Of a stretch of 64,000 nucleotides of DNA, positions 1 through 18,722 are shown piece by piece; the stretch's first letter is position 1, and every line of letters begins with the position of its first letter. Where the stretch lies: assembly GCF_009914755.1 (NCBI RefSeq), contig NC_060932.1. One strand, written 5' to 3'. Below the pieces are notes generated by a model. That model was not told where the DNA came from. It worked only from the letters and a program-made list of their open reading frames with translations, and ran no database searches. A program made the position numbers and the translations under genes. The DNA comes from the human T2T-CHM13v2.0 reference genome, Homo sapiens.

Positions 1-3000
1 AGGACATGCGGTGTTTGGTTTTCTCTTCCTGTGTTAGTTTGCTGAGAATGATGATTTCCAGCTTCATCCATGTCCCTGCAAAGGACATGAACTCAACCTA
101 TTTATGGCTGCATAGTATTCTCTGGTGTATATGTGCCACATTTTCTTTATCCAGTCTATCATTGATGGGCATTTGGGTTGGTTCCAAGTCTTTGCTATTG
201 TGAATAGTGCCACAATAAACATGCATGTGCATGTGTCTTTATAGTAGGGTGATATATAGTCCTTTGGGTATATACCCAGTGAGGGGATTGCTGGGTCAAA
301 TGGTATTTCTAGTTCTAGATCCCTGAGGAATCACCACACTGTCTTCCACAATGGTTGAACTAATTTACACTCCCACCAACAGTGTAAAAGTGTTCCTAGT
401 TCTCTACATTCTCTCCAGCATTTGTTGTTTCCTGACTTTTTAATGATAGCCACTCTAACTGGCCTGAGATGGTATCTCATTGTGGTTTTGATTTGCATTT
501 CTCTAATGACCAGTGATGATGAGCTTTTTTCATATGTTTGTTGGCCACATAAACGTCTTCTTTTGAGAAGTGTCTGTTCATATCCTTTGCCCACTTTTTG
601 ATGGGGTTGTTTGTTTTTCTTGTAAATTTCTTTAAGTTCTTTGTAGATTCTGGATATTAGCCCCTTGTCAGATGAATAGATTACAAAAATTTTCTCCCAT
701 TCTGTAGGTTGCCTGTTCACTCTGATGATGGCTTCTTTTGCTGTGCAGAAGCTCTTTAGTTTAATCAGATTCAATTTGTCAATTTTGGCTTTTGTTGTCA
801 TTGCTTTTGGTGTTTTAGTCATGAAGTCTTGGCCCATGCCTATGTCTAGAATGGTATTACCTAGGTTTTCTTCTAGGGTTTTTATGGCTTTAGGTCTTAT
901 GTTTAAGTATTTAAACCATCTTGAGTTAATTTTTGTATAAGGTGTAAGGAAGAGGTCCAGTTTCAGCTTTCTGCATATGGCTAGCCAGTTTTCCCAACAC
1001 CATTTATTCAATAGGGAATCCTTTCCCCATTGCTTCTTTTTGCCAGGTTTGTCAAAGATCAGATGGTTGTAGATGTGTGGCATTATTTCTAAGGCCTCTG
1101 TTCTGTTCCATTGGTCTATAAGTCTGTTTTGCTACCAATACCATGCTCTTTTGGCTAACTGTAGACTTGTAGTATAGTTTGAAATCAGGTAGCATGATGC
1201 CTCCAGCTTCACTCTTTTTGCTTAGGATTGTCTTGGCTATATGGGCTCTTTTTTGGTTCCATATGAAATTTAAAGTTGTTTTTTCTAATTCTGTGAAGAA
1301 AGTCACTGGTAGCTTGATTGGGATAGCATTGAATCTATAAATTACTTTGAGTAGTATGTCCATTTTCACAATATTGATTCTTCTTATTCATGAGCATGGA
1401 ATGTTTTTCCATTTGTTTGCGTCCTCTCTTATTTCCTTGAGCAGTGGTTTGTAGTTCTCCTTGAAGAGGTCCTTCACATCCTTTGTCAGTTTTATCCCTA
1501 GGTATTTTATTCTCTTTGTAGCAGTTGTGAAAGGGAGTTCACTCGTGATTTGACTGTTTGTCTATTATTGCTGTATAGGAATGCTTGTGATTTTTGCACA
1601 TTGATTTTGTATTCTGAGACTTTGCTGAAGTTGCTTATCAGCTTAAGGAGAATTTGGACTGAGACGATGGGGTTTTCTAAATATACAATCATGTCATCTG
1701 CAAACAAAGACAATATGACTTCCTCTCTTCCTATTTGAATACCCTATTTGAATTCTTTCCTTTGCCTGATTGCCCTGGCCAGAACTTACAATACTATGTT
1801 GAATAGGAGTGGTGAGAGAGGGCATCCTTGTCTTGTGCTGATTTTCAAAGGAAATGCTTCCAGCCTTTGTGCATTCAGTATGATACTGGCTGTGGGTTTG
1901 TCATAAATAGCTCTTATTTTGAGATACGTTCCATCAATATCTAGTTTATTGAGAGTTTTTAGCATGAAGGCGTGTTGAATTTTATCAAAGGCCTGTTCTC
2001 CAGCTATTGAGATAATCATGTGTTTTTTGTCATTGGTTCTGTTTATGTGATGGATTACATTTATTGATTTGCATATGTTGAACCAGCCTTGCATCCCAGG
2101 GATGAAGCTGACTTGATTGTGGTAGATAAGCTTTTTGATGTGCTTCTGGATTCAGTTTGCCAGTATTTTATTGAGGATTTTCGCATCGATGTTCATCAGG
2201 TATATTGGCCTGAAATTTTCTTTTTTTGTTGTGTTTCTGCCAGGTTTTGATATCAGGATGATGCTGGCCTCATGAAATGAGTCAGGGAGGAGTCCCTCTT
2301 CTTCTATTGTTTGGAATAGTTTCAGAAGGAATGGTACCAGCTCCTGTTTGTACTTCTGGCAGAATTCATCTGTGAATCCTTCTGGTCCTGGGCTTTTTTT
2401 GTTTGGTAGGCTATTAATCACTGCCTCAATTTCAGAACTTGTTATTGGTCTATTCAGGGATTTGTCTTCTTCCTGGTTTAGTAGTGGGAAGGTGTATGTT
2501 TCCAGGAATTTATCAATGTCTTCTAGATTTTTCTGGTTTATTTGCATAGAGGTGTTTATGGTATTCTCTGATGGTAGTTTGTATTTCTGTGGGATCAGTG
2601 GTGATATCCCCTGTATCATTTTTTATTGTGTCTATTTGATTCTTCTCTCTTTTCTTCTTTATTAGTCTGGCTAGCAGTCTATCTATTTTGTTAATCTTTT
2701 CAAAAAACCAGCTGATGGATTCATTGATTTTTTTGAAGGATTTTTTGTGTCTCTATCCCCTTCAGTTCCACTCTGATCTTAGTTATTTCTTGTCTTCTGT
2801 CAGCTTTTGAATTTGTTTGCTCTTGCTTCTCTAGTTCTTTTAATTGTGATGTTAGGGTGTCAATTTCAGATCTTTCCCACTTTCTCCTGTGGGCATTTAG
2901 TTTTATAAATTTCCCTCTAAACACTGCTTTAGCTGTGTCCCAGAGATTCTGGTATGTTGTGTCTTTGTTCTCATTGGTTTCAAAGAACTTACTTATTTCT

Positions 3001-3111
3001 GCCTTAATTTTGTTATTTACCCAGTATTCATTCAGGAGCAGGTTGTTCAGTTTCCACGTAGTTGTGCAGTTTTGAATGAGTTTTTTAATCCCGAGTTCTA
3101 ATTTGATTGCA
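1..3111 (-). mobile_element. LINE-1 (L1PA7/8-type), 5'-truncated, 3' end runs off the window; disrupted ORF2
   Basis: Minus-strand ORF fragments give L1 ORF2 motifs ([44 protein letters not shown]); several frameshifts; L1 similarity stops at ~3111. Confidence 0.95.
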
Positions 3112-3112
3112 G

Positions 3113-3238
3113 CTGCCTCTTTTTATATGCCCTTTGAACTAAGAATAGTTTTCTTTTGTCCACTTTTAATGGCTGAAAAGTTGTAAATGGTTAAAAAAGA
3201 ATATTTTATAATGCAAAAATTGTATAAGATTTACATTG
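3113..3238. mobile_element. MER58B-like hAT-Charlie fragment
   Basis: gcctctttttatatgccctttgaactaagaatagtttt...aattgtataagatttacatt resembles recalled MER58B consensus. Confidence 0.55.
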
Positions 3239-4653
3239 TATGTATTGGTTATTTACAACAAATAAACATCCCCAGGGACAAATAGCCCAATTTTCAAACC
3301 AAAGAATCAATCAGTGATTTATTTCCAATATACAGAACCCAGATGCTTGGGAAAATCTCAGTCTTCATAAGCGATCTGAGTATTCATCCACACATCAAGA
3401 ACTAATGAATAAATACGTCCTGTAATTATAAATGAATCAAGTATAAGTGCTGTAGTGACTTATAAAAGAAACTCACTTTAGGGGTTTACCTTTTTTTGTC
3501 ATTGTGCTTCTTTTTTTCAATCTGCTGTTTCCATCAACTGTAATGGGAATTACATCACCCTTCGGGATGGCCTCCTGCTGCAGTGACTGGAAATCATGGC
3601 TGTGGCATTTAGTCTGACAATGGAACAAATGTTTGCAGCTGGTACTCGCCAAATAAATCCAGGGCATCTGAGCACTTGATTCAGAGCCCCTCCAGTTCTA
3701 CAGTCTTTCCAATTGAATTATCTAGCTCTATCTGTGTATAGCTACAAGAAATGAGTAGAGTGAGAGTTTATTTTGTGTCCCATCCAGAAGTTTATTCTAG
3801 AAACAGATTATATTTTGAGTCAACTATGAAGTGGCTACTCGCTAAGATAAGCTTTCTATTTGCTGACAATGATTGGCTGCCTCAAGCTGCCTTGAGCTCC
3901 CAGTCACTGGAAACTTTTTTTTTTTTTTTTAAGGCTGGATATAACCATTTATCGCAGTCCCTGCAGATGGGATTTTTACCCTGGGCGGCAGATTACCTCT
4001 AAATTCTGATAACCTTTAAGGTCCCCTCTGATTCAAAATCTATTATTCTTAGATAAGGCCCAGGAGCATTTTTCTGAGACTGCCCCAGAAAAAAATTTAA
4101 TAACTCCAGGCACACAATGACTCTTGTTCATCATTTACCTGTTACTGCCACCTGCCTCCCTTGCTTTCCATTAAGTTTGCAAAGAGTAGAAGATCTGGCT
4201 TCTGGGCTGCAATTTAATACGTGTGCAAAAGTAATATCAGAATCCTGCCATTAATAGGGCTGTACTCCAAGGAACAGGGCATGCTTTATTAGTTCCTCAT
4301 CAATTAAGCAAGGGAAACCTTCAGGCTTCAAAACGAACTGTGTCTCAGTGGCGACAGAGAGAGATGATTTTGTCTACAAGACGGAAATCCACAGGGGACA
4401 ATGAATGCCTCTGTTCCACATGGGGAAAGGGTGGGGGTCATATCCGCCCTCAGCAGCTATTTTCAGTGACAGAGAAAAATCCCCTCCTGAGGGAGGGCGT
4501 GACAAACAAGGTGACTGGGGGCTTTCTCAAACTCCACATTGTTCCATACCAAGATTCCAAGATACCAAGGTACTCTGTAGGAACACACATGGGGAATCCC
4601 AAACAAAGGAAACTTTTTCCTATGACAATATTTTTTCTTTAAAAAAAGTCATG

Positions 4654-4975
<322 letters not shown>

Positions 4976-5039
4976 TCAACATACCAGTGCAGAAAGAGTT
5001 CAGAACTTCAAGGTATACCAGGTGGGGCACACAGGGATG

Positions 5040-5337
5040 GAAGGAGATGATGGCTATCAGGTGTTATTATGGGACATAGTGAGAGGCAAGGACTGTAAAG
5101 TGGTAATGCTAGAAAATTAGGCTGATGCCCAGTCATGGAGGCCCTTGTGTGCCCAGTTACATGCTCCTGCAGGTGTTAAAGAGCCAGTAAAGGATTATAT
5201 AAAGGGAAGTGATGTAGACGCAGCTCTGTCCACCACATACTGAGGGGACAGACTGGGATGCTCCACAGGCTTCGGAAGCCAAGGAAACAAGCTTTAATTG
5301 GAGATATTAGTTTGGGCATCATTAGGGTATAAGTAGA
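5040..5337 (-). mobile_element. L2 fragment (resumes at ~6749 after the MST insertion)
   Basis: gagatattagtttgggcatcattagggtataagtaga matches degenerate L2. Confidence 0.5.
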
Positions 5338-5733
5338 TGATAAAGTCTGAGTGTTTGTCTCCTCCAAATCTCATGTTGAAATGTGATCCCCAGTGTTGGA
5401 GGTGGGGCCTAGTGGTGGCTGTTCAGGTCATGGGTGCGGATCCCTCATGAATGGCTTGGTGGGGTCCTCAAGATAATGAGTGGGTTCTTGTTCTGTGAGT
5501 CCCCGTGAGAACTGACTGTTGGGAGAAACCTGGCACCTCCTCCTGCTGCTCCCATCTCTCTTGCTCCCTTTCCTACCCTGTGACATGCCTACTCCCCCTT
5601 CTCCTTCCAACAAGATTGGAAGCTTTTTGAAGCCTCACCAGAAGCAGATGCTGATGCCACACTTCTTGCACAGCCTGCAGAACCATAACGCAAATCAACG
5701 TCTTTTATTATTTTTTAAAATGTATCTATTTTT

Positions 5734-6736
<1,003 letters not shown>

Positions 6737-7091
6737 TGAACTAAGGCAGTAGGTGACAAGGTCATGGAAAGTACGAAACCACCCAAAGGAACAGAAAATA
6801 TGACAAGTATGAAGAAAATCAGGAACTTGTGTGTGAGATCAGAAAGCAACACATGAATCCATACAAGAACGACCAGGAGAGTCGGGAGAGCAAGGGGGCC
6901 CGGAGAGAGACACCATCAAAGCACCGTAGAGTGCCACCTTCTTCCATCTGAGCACTGCTTCCTGTCTGGGGGATGGGGAAGGAGGTACTTACATGCAGGC
7001 AAATCTGAATCAAGGGTGAACTCTCCTTGGATATCAATTTTATTCTTGGAACTAAAGAAAAGAACAGGCATACGGAGATACAGGATGATAA

Positions 7092-7218
7092 AGTGGACAC
7101 GGCCCTGGTCTTGGTGCCAAAAGGTTGAGTTCTGATTTCTGTCCATTCTGTGTGACCTTGGGAAGGGCACTTTACTCTTCGCAGCCTTTATTGTCTTATC
7201 TGGAAATTAAGGGTGTTG
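7092..7218 (+). mobile_element. MIR fragment
   Basis: MIR core tgtgtgaccttgggaagggcactttactcttcgcagcc. Confidence 0.7.
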
Positions 7219-7870
7219 TTTGGTATGTTCTCTGCTCACAACTCAAAAGTCATTTCTATTAGGAGATGAAGTTGACCATTGTCTCCCCAGCCAAGTCGAA
7301 CCAACAATCACCATCCTTCCCAATGCCAGAAATATATCTAATTTAATGCAAGTGGCAAGCTATTTCAAAAAATGTCACGTTTCCTTTTCTACCTTAAACC
7401 TGCCATAACGTACAGGCCCCAGGTCATATCTGGCTCTAATATGAAAATCATAAGCTCTGTTCCTTCTGATCAACAGGAGGAACATTCCTCTTGGACTACT
7501 CTAAAAGTCATCACAGAACATTCTTAAAAGTCTTGAATGAATCATTACATTCAAGCTTCTACAAGCTCATTTTGGGAAATGCAGTATTTCAGGGCACAGA
7601 GGGACAATTTTACATGCACCTTAAGTGGGGACTTGTTGACATTCACCCATCCTCTGCCAGGAGCATTGTTCTACTGTGCAGCAAGAACAAAGTCCCAGTC
7701 CACATTATGAGATATTCTTGTCCAAAGCCCCAGACACACACATCTCAAGTTACTGCAGCCCAAATCTCTACGTTCCAAGATACTCCTGGCCAGAGAAAAG
7801 GTAAAACAATAGTTCTTGGGGGAGAAAAAAAGGCCTCTTATTATAAAGACAATCCTTATAAAGAAATCTT

Positions 7871-8169
7871 GGCTGGGCATGGTGGCTCATGCCTGTAATT
7901 CCAGCACTTTGGGAGGCAGAGGTGGACAGATTCCCTTAGGTCAGGAGTTCAAGACCAGCCTTGCCAACATGGCAAAACCCAGTCTCTGCTAAAAATAAAA
8001 ATAAAAAAAAATAGCCAGTCATGGTGGCATGCAACTGTGGTCCCAGCTACTCAGGAGGCTGAGGCAGGTGGATCGCTTGAGCCTGGGAGGGCGAGGCTGC
8101 CATGAGCTGTGATTGCATCATTCCATCCCAGCATGGGTGACAGAGTAAGACCTTGTCTCAAAAAAAAAA
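7871..8169 (+). mobile_element. AluJ
   Basis: Full dimer with J-type right arm (gtggtcccagc, ggatcgcttgagcctgg). Confidence 0.93.
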
Positions 8170-8372
8170 CAAAGGCAAGAAAGCAAGACAGAAAGGAAGG
8201 AAGGAAGGAAGGAGGGAAGGAGGGAGGGAGGGAGGGAAGGAAGGAAGGAAGGAAAGAAGGAAGGGAAGGAGGGAAAGAGGGTGGGAGGGAGGGAAAAAAG
8301 AAAGAGAGAGAGAGAAAGAAAAAGAAAGAAGAAAGAAAGGAAAGAAAGAGAGAAAGAAAGGAGAGAAAGAAA

Positions 8373-8435
<63 letters not shown>

Positions 8436-8447
8436 GAAAGGAACGAA

Positions 8448-8515
<68 letters not shown>

Positions 8516-8610
8516 AGGAAAAGAAAGGAAGGAAGGAAGGAAGGATGGTGGGAGGGAGGGAAGGAAGGAAGGAAGGAAGGAAGGAAGGAAGGAAAGAAGG
8601 AAGGAAGGGA
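8170..8610 (+). repeat. Compound purine microsatellite (GGAA/GGGA)n-(GAAA)n-(GGAA)n
   Basis: Directly visible; continues the Alu A tail. Confidence 0.97.
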
Positions 8611-9539
8611 AATCTCTGACCCCTTGCTTAGGAAAAGAAACCTCTGACCCCTTGCCTAAGTGACTAAGCTATCCCTGCGTAAAGGTGTATAAAGGACCAA
8701 ATGTGGCTTGACGGTCACAGCGCTGAGACTTGAGTGCTTGCCATCACCTCTCCATGCATCCTGACCATCAGTGAAGGCAGAATCGGTTTTAAAATATTCA
8801 AGACGTGGTCCCTAGTACTACAATAGTACCAGCGCATAAAACCGAGGTGTGTCAGTGATTCATTCTATGCCTGTAGCGGATAATATACGGAGTAGCCAGC
8901 TGAAGAACTGTGCTTGTCTCTAAAGAGTTCAACAGCAGGCATCACCAGCCCAGCCCACCATTAGTCCTGATACGGTGCTGTCATCTCCATTTCCTGGAAC
9001 GTTTGAAAAGTCCAGGGACCTCCTTCCTCTCTTTCCATCTGGAAACCATGTCACTGAGACTAGTGTCAGGAGAAAGTGTAGCAAATCGCAGCAGAAAGAG
9101 ACCAGATAGACGACAACATCTGTGAATTGGGATGAGCCAAACCCCAGTGCCGCTGTGTCCCCACTTTAAGACTGGAGCAGCCAGATTCCCTCTGCCCCCA
9201 CTGTTCCACGCTGTCACCCCCACCCCCAGTGTCACCCTAGTCACTCGCACCCCTCTCCAAACTACAAACCCATACCTGATTGCCTCTGCCTGCCAACCAC
9301 TGCTACACACCTCAGCGGTGAAACCCATCCTCACATCACAGCCCCTTCCAGAAACCGCTGAATTCTAAGAAGGCTGAGTGTCTGACATCCCTCAGGGAGT
9401 ACCAGGCCTCCAACCCCAACTGCCAGACCCCACGTCTCTGCTTTCATCCAAGTCCACACATAGAAGTCCATTCAGTCTTTTATTCTCTATGCTTATCATG
9501 GGCTGCGCTGCCTCTCCCAAACCTAACCACCCCCAAGTC

Positions 9540-10710
<1,171 letters not shown>

Positions 10711-10879
10711 AAATCACCATTTCCTAGACCTTTCCTCTTTCCAGAAAAGTTTGCTTTCTAATGAGAATTGCATTTTCCAAAGTCAGTTTTCCCTGAATGG
10801 CCTGGCCTATGAAGACTTTATAGTTAAGGTGGCTACTTGTTATCCAAGTAAAAGTGACTGTTAAAAATAGTTAAAATGA

Positions 10880-11214
<335 letters not shown>

Positions 11215-11496
11215 AAAATGATATATTTTTGAATATATATTTATTGACTGACATTGATTGTAGTATATTGGTAGACCAATAAAGTAGTTCTATTTGAAGA
11301 TAAAATAATTCATAAAAGTAATTTCAAAAGGAAAAAGCCTCCATTGCAAAAATTAAACATTTTTTAAAACTATTGCAAAATTAGAAATACTTCTTTAAAA
11401 GTTTAAATAATGAAAATTTATACACTAAAACCAAAACAAATTATTGATATTGATTATCCAAACATTGGAGAATAATGATAGCAGAATTTCTATCTT

Positions 11497-11635
11497 GTAT
11501 TATATATATTATATATAAAATATTTATTATATAACATATAATATAATATAAACTACATAACAATATATATTATATTATATATCCTAATATAATAACCTAA
11601 TACATTATAATATACTATGCATCCCGTATAATTAT
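11497..11635. repeat. AT-rich low-complexity tract, (TA)n-like
   Basis: Directly visible. Confidence 0.85.
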
Positions 11636-11936
11636 GAAGGAATTCACGTATTTAGATCAGTTTGTAAGATGCATTTGTCTCAAACACCACAACATTGATT
11701 TTTTTAATCATTTCTTTCAAAATGTTCTTATTTTTAATTCTTTCATAAAATTGCCTACAATTATCTTCAAAGCTGCATTTTATGGTTAACAATATGAAAT
11801 TGTTGACACATTCAATTGACCCTTTTCTGTAAACCACAATAATTTTATTTTAGAAAACATAGTCTGTAGAAGCGAATTCTGCTATGTGGAGAATAGTCTG
11901 AAATTTAATTTTTTTTACATTAAAATGTGCAAACCG

Positions 11937-12379
<443 letters not shown>

Positions 12380-13751
12380 TTAGATTGATGCAATGTTGTA
12401 GGTCTTCATTTCATTTCATTTTAGTACTAAATATATATTTTTCAGTTGAACCAAAGTGAAATCACAGAATGTCAAAATTAACTCCTGTTCACCATTTGCA
12501 TTTGCATTGTTTAATTTATTCAATTCTCCCCTACTTTTATGAGGATAAACTTCAATGGTTTTCTGCTCGCAAACTTTGTTTTCGTTAATGGCAATACTAC
12601 AATTGGCTGAAAGTTTCAAAATCTAAAGATTGTTGGTGTTCTGTTTATTGAATACTTTTATAAAGATTTTCAACACATTTTGAATAAAATGTAAATAAAA
12701 ACTAAAGGACTCGTTTCCAAAAAATGTCAAAATCAACACAGAGCTTGGTTCACAAAGGCCCAGAAATTTCTAAAATCCGACCAGTGATAAGTAGCAAGAA
12801 AGAGAGCCCCAAACGCCATGCCAAACTTGTTATTTAATTCAACAATAACTTCATTAAGATAATTTCATAGTTTATTCTGTGTGTATCTGAAAACCTTCAT
12901 AGATTGTGGCAACTGTGGCTTCTGTTTTAATTGGTAGAGTATCAGAGCATGTTTGGACACAAGTATGAATTTTCAGTGTACCAATTCCAAGTATATTTCT
13001 GCTCCACATCATTTTTTTTTGAGTAAGAACATTAGTTTTACCAAAATACGGTGTTCTGCCAGATTTTGTTTTTATTATCACTGTAAAAACTATAATTTTA
13101 TCTTCAATGTGGAACTTTATAACTACATTTACAATAGTATTCACAACAATGTTCAGATGCTGAATTTGAGGAAACTTCCAGAAGCTTTACTTTGATGAAT
13201 TGGACAAAAAAAAAAATCTATTATTGCAAGCAACTGATTTTTCTACTTGGAGCATCTGATTACACTTTATAAAGCTGGCATCACCTAACTGCATGATGAG
13301 TTTTTCTGCTAATGACACACATCAGTAGCTATGATTTTATTTTTTGTTTGTACCCAGGAAAACTTGGAATTGAAAATGAGTGAAATTAATTTAGAAGATA
13401 TAGATGATATAAATAAATACATAGGTATAAATGAAAAGTCATACTTCTCAGAGTAATCTTAAAACATACTTTCTGCCACTGCCTACAATCTTCTTAAAAT
13501 AACTACCATAGTAACTTTTGAAATACATGTGGCTGTTCCTTTATCAGATTTGAGACAGCTGGTACTGATACCTCTGTGGTCCTCATAGTGCACAGCAAAT
13601 GTTAACAAACATTATCATTTTGTACATATTATATGTCTATCATCAATGTTCTTACAAAACAGAAATTTAGTACTTTATTTTTATTAAATTTAATACTTTA
13701 TTTTATTAAATATGTGCTTGTCTTAGCTCATTTTTGCAAATAAGTTTAGGG

Positions 13752-13989
13752 CAAGCTTGTCTAACCCACACCCAAGACTTTGAATGCAGCTCAAACAAAT
13801 TTGTAAACTTTCTTAAAACATTATGAGATTTTGAGAGGATTCTTTTCTTTTTCTTTTTCTTTTTCTTTTTCTTTCTTTTTTTTTTCTTTTTCTCATCAGC
13901 TATTGTTAGTGTTGGCGTATTTTATGTGTGGCCCAAGACAATTCTTCTTCCAATGTGGCCCAGAAAAGCCAAAAGACTGGACACCTCTG
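13752..13989. mobile_element. MER30 (hAT-Charlie MITE)
   Basis: caagcttgtctaaccc...ggacacctctg ends; perfect 8-bp TSD gtttaggg (13744-13751 and 13990-13997). Confidence 0.9.
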
Positions 13990-14026
13990 GTTTAGGGCAA
14001 GATAAAAATGCATTTCAAAAAATTTA

Positions 14027-14533
<507 letters not shown>

Positions 14534-16053
14534 ACTTTAAATTTCATATGTAACCAAAAATGAGCCTGCATAGCCAAGACAATCCTAATCAAAAAGAACA
14601 AAGCTGGAGGCATCCTGCTACCTGACTTCGAACTATGCTACAAGGCTACAGTAGCCAAAAGAGCATGGTACTGGTACCAAAACAGATTTATAGACCAATG
14701 GAACAGAACAGAGGCCTTAGAAATAACACCACATATCTACAACCATCTGATCTTTGACAAACCTGGCAAAAAGAAGCAATGGGGAAAGGATTCCCTATTG
14801 AATAAATGGTGTTGGGAAAACTGGCTAGCCATATGCAGAAAGCTGAAACTGGACCTCTTCCTTACACCTTATACAAAAATTAACTCAAGATGGATTAAAT
14901 ACTTAAACATAAGACCTAAAACTATAAAAACCCTAGAAGAAAACCTAGGTAATACCATTCTAGACATAGGCATGGGCCAAGACTTCATGACTAAAACACC
15001 AAAAGCAATGACAACAAAAGCCAAAATTGACAAATTGAATCTGATTAAACTAAAGAGCTTCTGCACAGCAAAAGAAGCTATCATCAGAGTGAACAGGCAA
15101 CCTACAGAATGGGAGAAAATTTTTGCAATCTATTCATCTGACAAGGGGCTAATATCCAGAATCTACAAAGAACTTAAAGAAATTTACAAGAAAAACAAAC
15201 AACCCCATCAAAAAGTGGGCAAAGGATATGAACAGACACTTCTCAAAGAAGACGTTTATGTGGCCAACAAACATATGAAAAAAGCTCATCATCACTGGTC
15301 ATTAGAGAAATGCAAATCAAAACCACAATGAGATACCATCTCAGGCCAGTTAGAGTGGCTATCATTAAAAAGTCAGGAAACAACAAATGCTGGAGAGAAT
15401 GTAGAGAACTAGGAACACTTTTACACTGTTGGTGGGAGTGTAAATTAGTTCAACCATTGTGGAAGACAGTGTGGTGATTCCTCAGGGATCTAGAACTAGA
15501 AATACCATTTGACCCAGCAATCCCCTCACTGGGTATATACCCAAAGGACTATATATCACCCTACTATAAAGACACATGCACATGCATGTTTATTGTGGCA
15601 CTATTCACAATAGCAAAGACTTGGAACCAACCCAAATGCCCATCAATGATAGACTGGATAAAGAAAATGTGGCACATATACACCAGAGAATACTATGCAG
15701 CCATAAATAGGTTGAGTTCATGTCCTTTGCAGGGACATGGATGAAGCTGGAAATCATCATTCTCAGCAAACTAACACAGGAAGAGAAAACCAAACACCGC
15801 ATGTCCTCACTCATAAGTGGGAAGTGAACAGTGAGAACACATGGACACAGGGAGGGGAACATCACACACCAGGGCCTGTCACAGGGCAGGGGGGCTAGGG
15901 GAAGGATAGCGTTAGGAGAAATACCTAATGTAGATAACAGGTTGATGGGTGCAGCAAACCACCATGGCACGTGTATACCTATGTAACACAGCTGCACGTT
16001 CTGCACATGTACCCCAGAACTTAAAGTATAATTTAAAAAGAAAAAAAGAAAAA
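14534..16053 (+). mobile_element. 3' ~1.5 kb of a LINE-1 (L1PA7/8-type) fused directly to U6
   Basis: ORF2 C-terminal region, 3'UTR ending cccagaacttaaagtataatttaaaaag, then an A-rich tail. Confidence 0.95.
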
Positions 16054-16310
16054 CAAAACCCTCCAAATGCCATTGTCAGAGGTTCTGTTCTCCTCTTACT
16101 GCAGGAGCCTGCAGGACAGCAAACGGCAGTCTCTTCCAAAATGTTCCAATCAACCCCTAAGTAGACACTCTAGGACTTTATAACATTTTAAACAAGGCCA
16201 CTCACCTATCTTTTGCCTGACTTAAAATTTCTCTGAGATATTACATTGACCAAACTGTTAATAAACATGCATACATATTAAAAAATAATAATAACACTTC
16301 ATTTTATTAG

Positions 16311-16613
<303 letters not shown>

Positions 16614-16750
16614 AATATCTCATTTTAAAATGAAGAATCTAAGACATGTTTAAATCAAACTGGCTGCTAAGGCAATGGGCACAAACTAACTCAGTCCCAG
16701 GCAAACCAATATATGTGCCTCCTATATTCTTCCCTGGCACGAGATTTTTA

Positions 16751-17180
<430 letters not shown>

Positions 17181-18219
17181 TTACTAACAAAAGTAACGCG
17201 TATCTTGTAATCCACTTACAGACCCTCTGGCATCAGCAAAGTCAGATGCCATCTCTGCAGAAGCTGCCAACCTCCCTTGTTTTTCCCTCAAAGGGGAAGT
17301 CAAGAAATTCAGTTGTTGCCAGCAAGATAAACCCACGTTTCAAACTACCTTTAGTCAAAACTCATTAGTGCAAACCTGACTGATCCAAAATTCACAATAG
17401 TCTCTTTATGCTGGACTGAAATTAAGGTTTGCTATTGTTATTAAACAGGGAACAAAGGGGAAATTGGATGCTGAACAATGGATAAGGATACTTTCTATTC
17501 AGGAAAGCATTTCCTGATAGGTTCTCTAAGACAAGGGCAGCCTCCTCATTTCCACTGTTTCCTCTGACAACAGTGTTTATACCTCATGGGTGTCTGAAAA
17601 ACAAAAAGCAGAAGTTGACTGTGAATTTTTTTTACTACAGATATGCAATCGATAGAAACCAATCAATCTTTCTACTTCTCAAATGAGGATGGTTTGTACA
17701 GTTTGTAGACTTTCTCAGCTGTTCTTTCTTTAGCCAAGAGGTGGCAATACTGTAAGAGCACTAGAATCTGCTATTAGCAGAGCCACTAATGTGCTTTGTG
17801 GCCTTCGATGACAGCATGTACCTCTCTGCGCCATTGTGCCAGCGTTCCAGGCTCTGAGGGGATGCAGTTTCACGTCAGTAGAGGCAAGGGGACCAAGTGA
17901 GAACATGCAGTTATTTGCTGCCAGCATCCTCTGCCCAGCCATCAGTTCCTTGAAGGCAGAGCCCAATTGCCTCCTTCTTGTCTTTATCGAGTTACCAAGC
18001 ACAGATAGTGCCTGGTGCCCAGCAGAGACTCAGCAAACAATTCTTCAATTGAGTTCATCACTGCATTCCAAAGGGCCAGGGTGCCACAGCAATGACTGTG
18101 TGCTATTTGAATAGATTTGGACCTCATTTTGCCCTCTAAATCTAGTAAACCCTTTTTCCCAAGAATGACAAATTAAATTAAGTTAAATAGCACAAGCATT
18201 TTCAGACACAATAATCTAG

Positions 18220-18722
<503 letters not shown>

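Noticed and set aside
331-2924. Minus-strand ORFs up to 250 aa as functional CDS
   Set aside because: Frameshifted fragments of L1 ORF2 in a 5'-truncated copy
3112-3130. Swapped TSDs as proof that the inversion has already occurred
   Set aside because: The flank of the first L1's 5' end (aaaaagaggcagc on the minus strand) is not found after the second L1's A tail, so there is no direct evidence of an inverted state
8610-8660. Direct repeat aaa(t/c)ctctgaccccttgc
   Set aside because: Only two copies; a small local duplication, not an array
8109-8663. K/E/R/G-rich ORFs of 112-184 aa
   Set aside because: Translation of a stop-free purine microsatellite; the same applies to 44531-45360
17340-17640. 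Possible ancient Tigger-like fragment
   Set aside because: Only a weak resemblance of one terminus; cannot be supported without an HMM search
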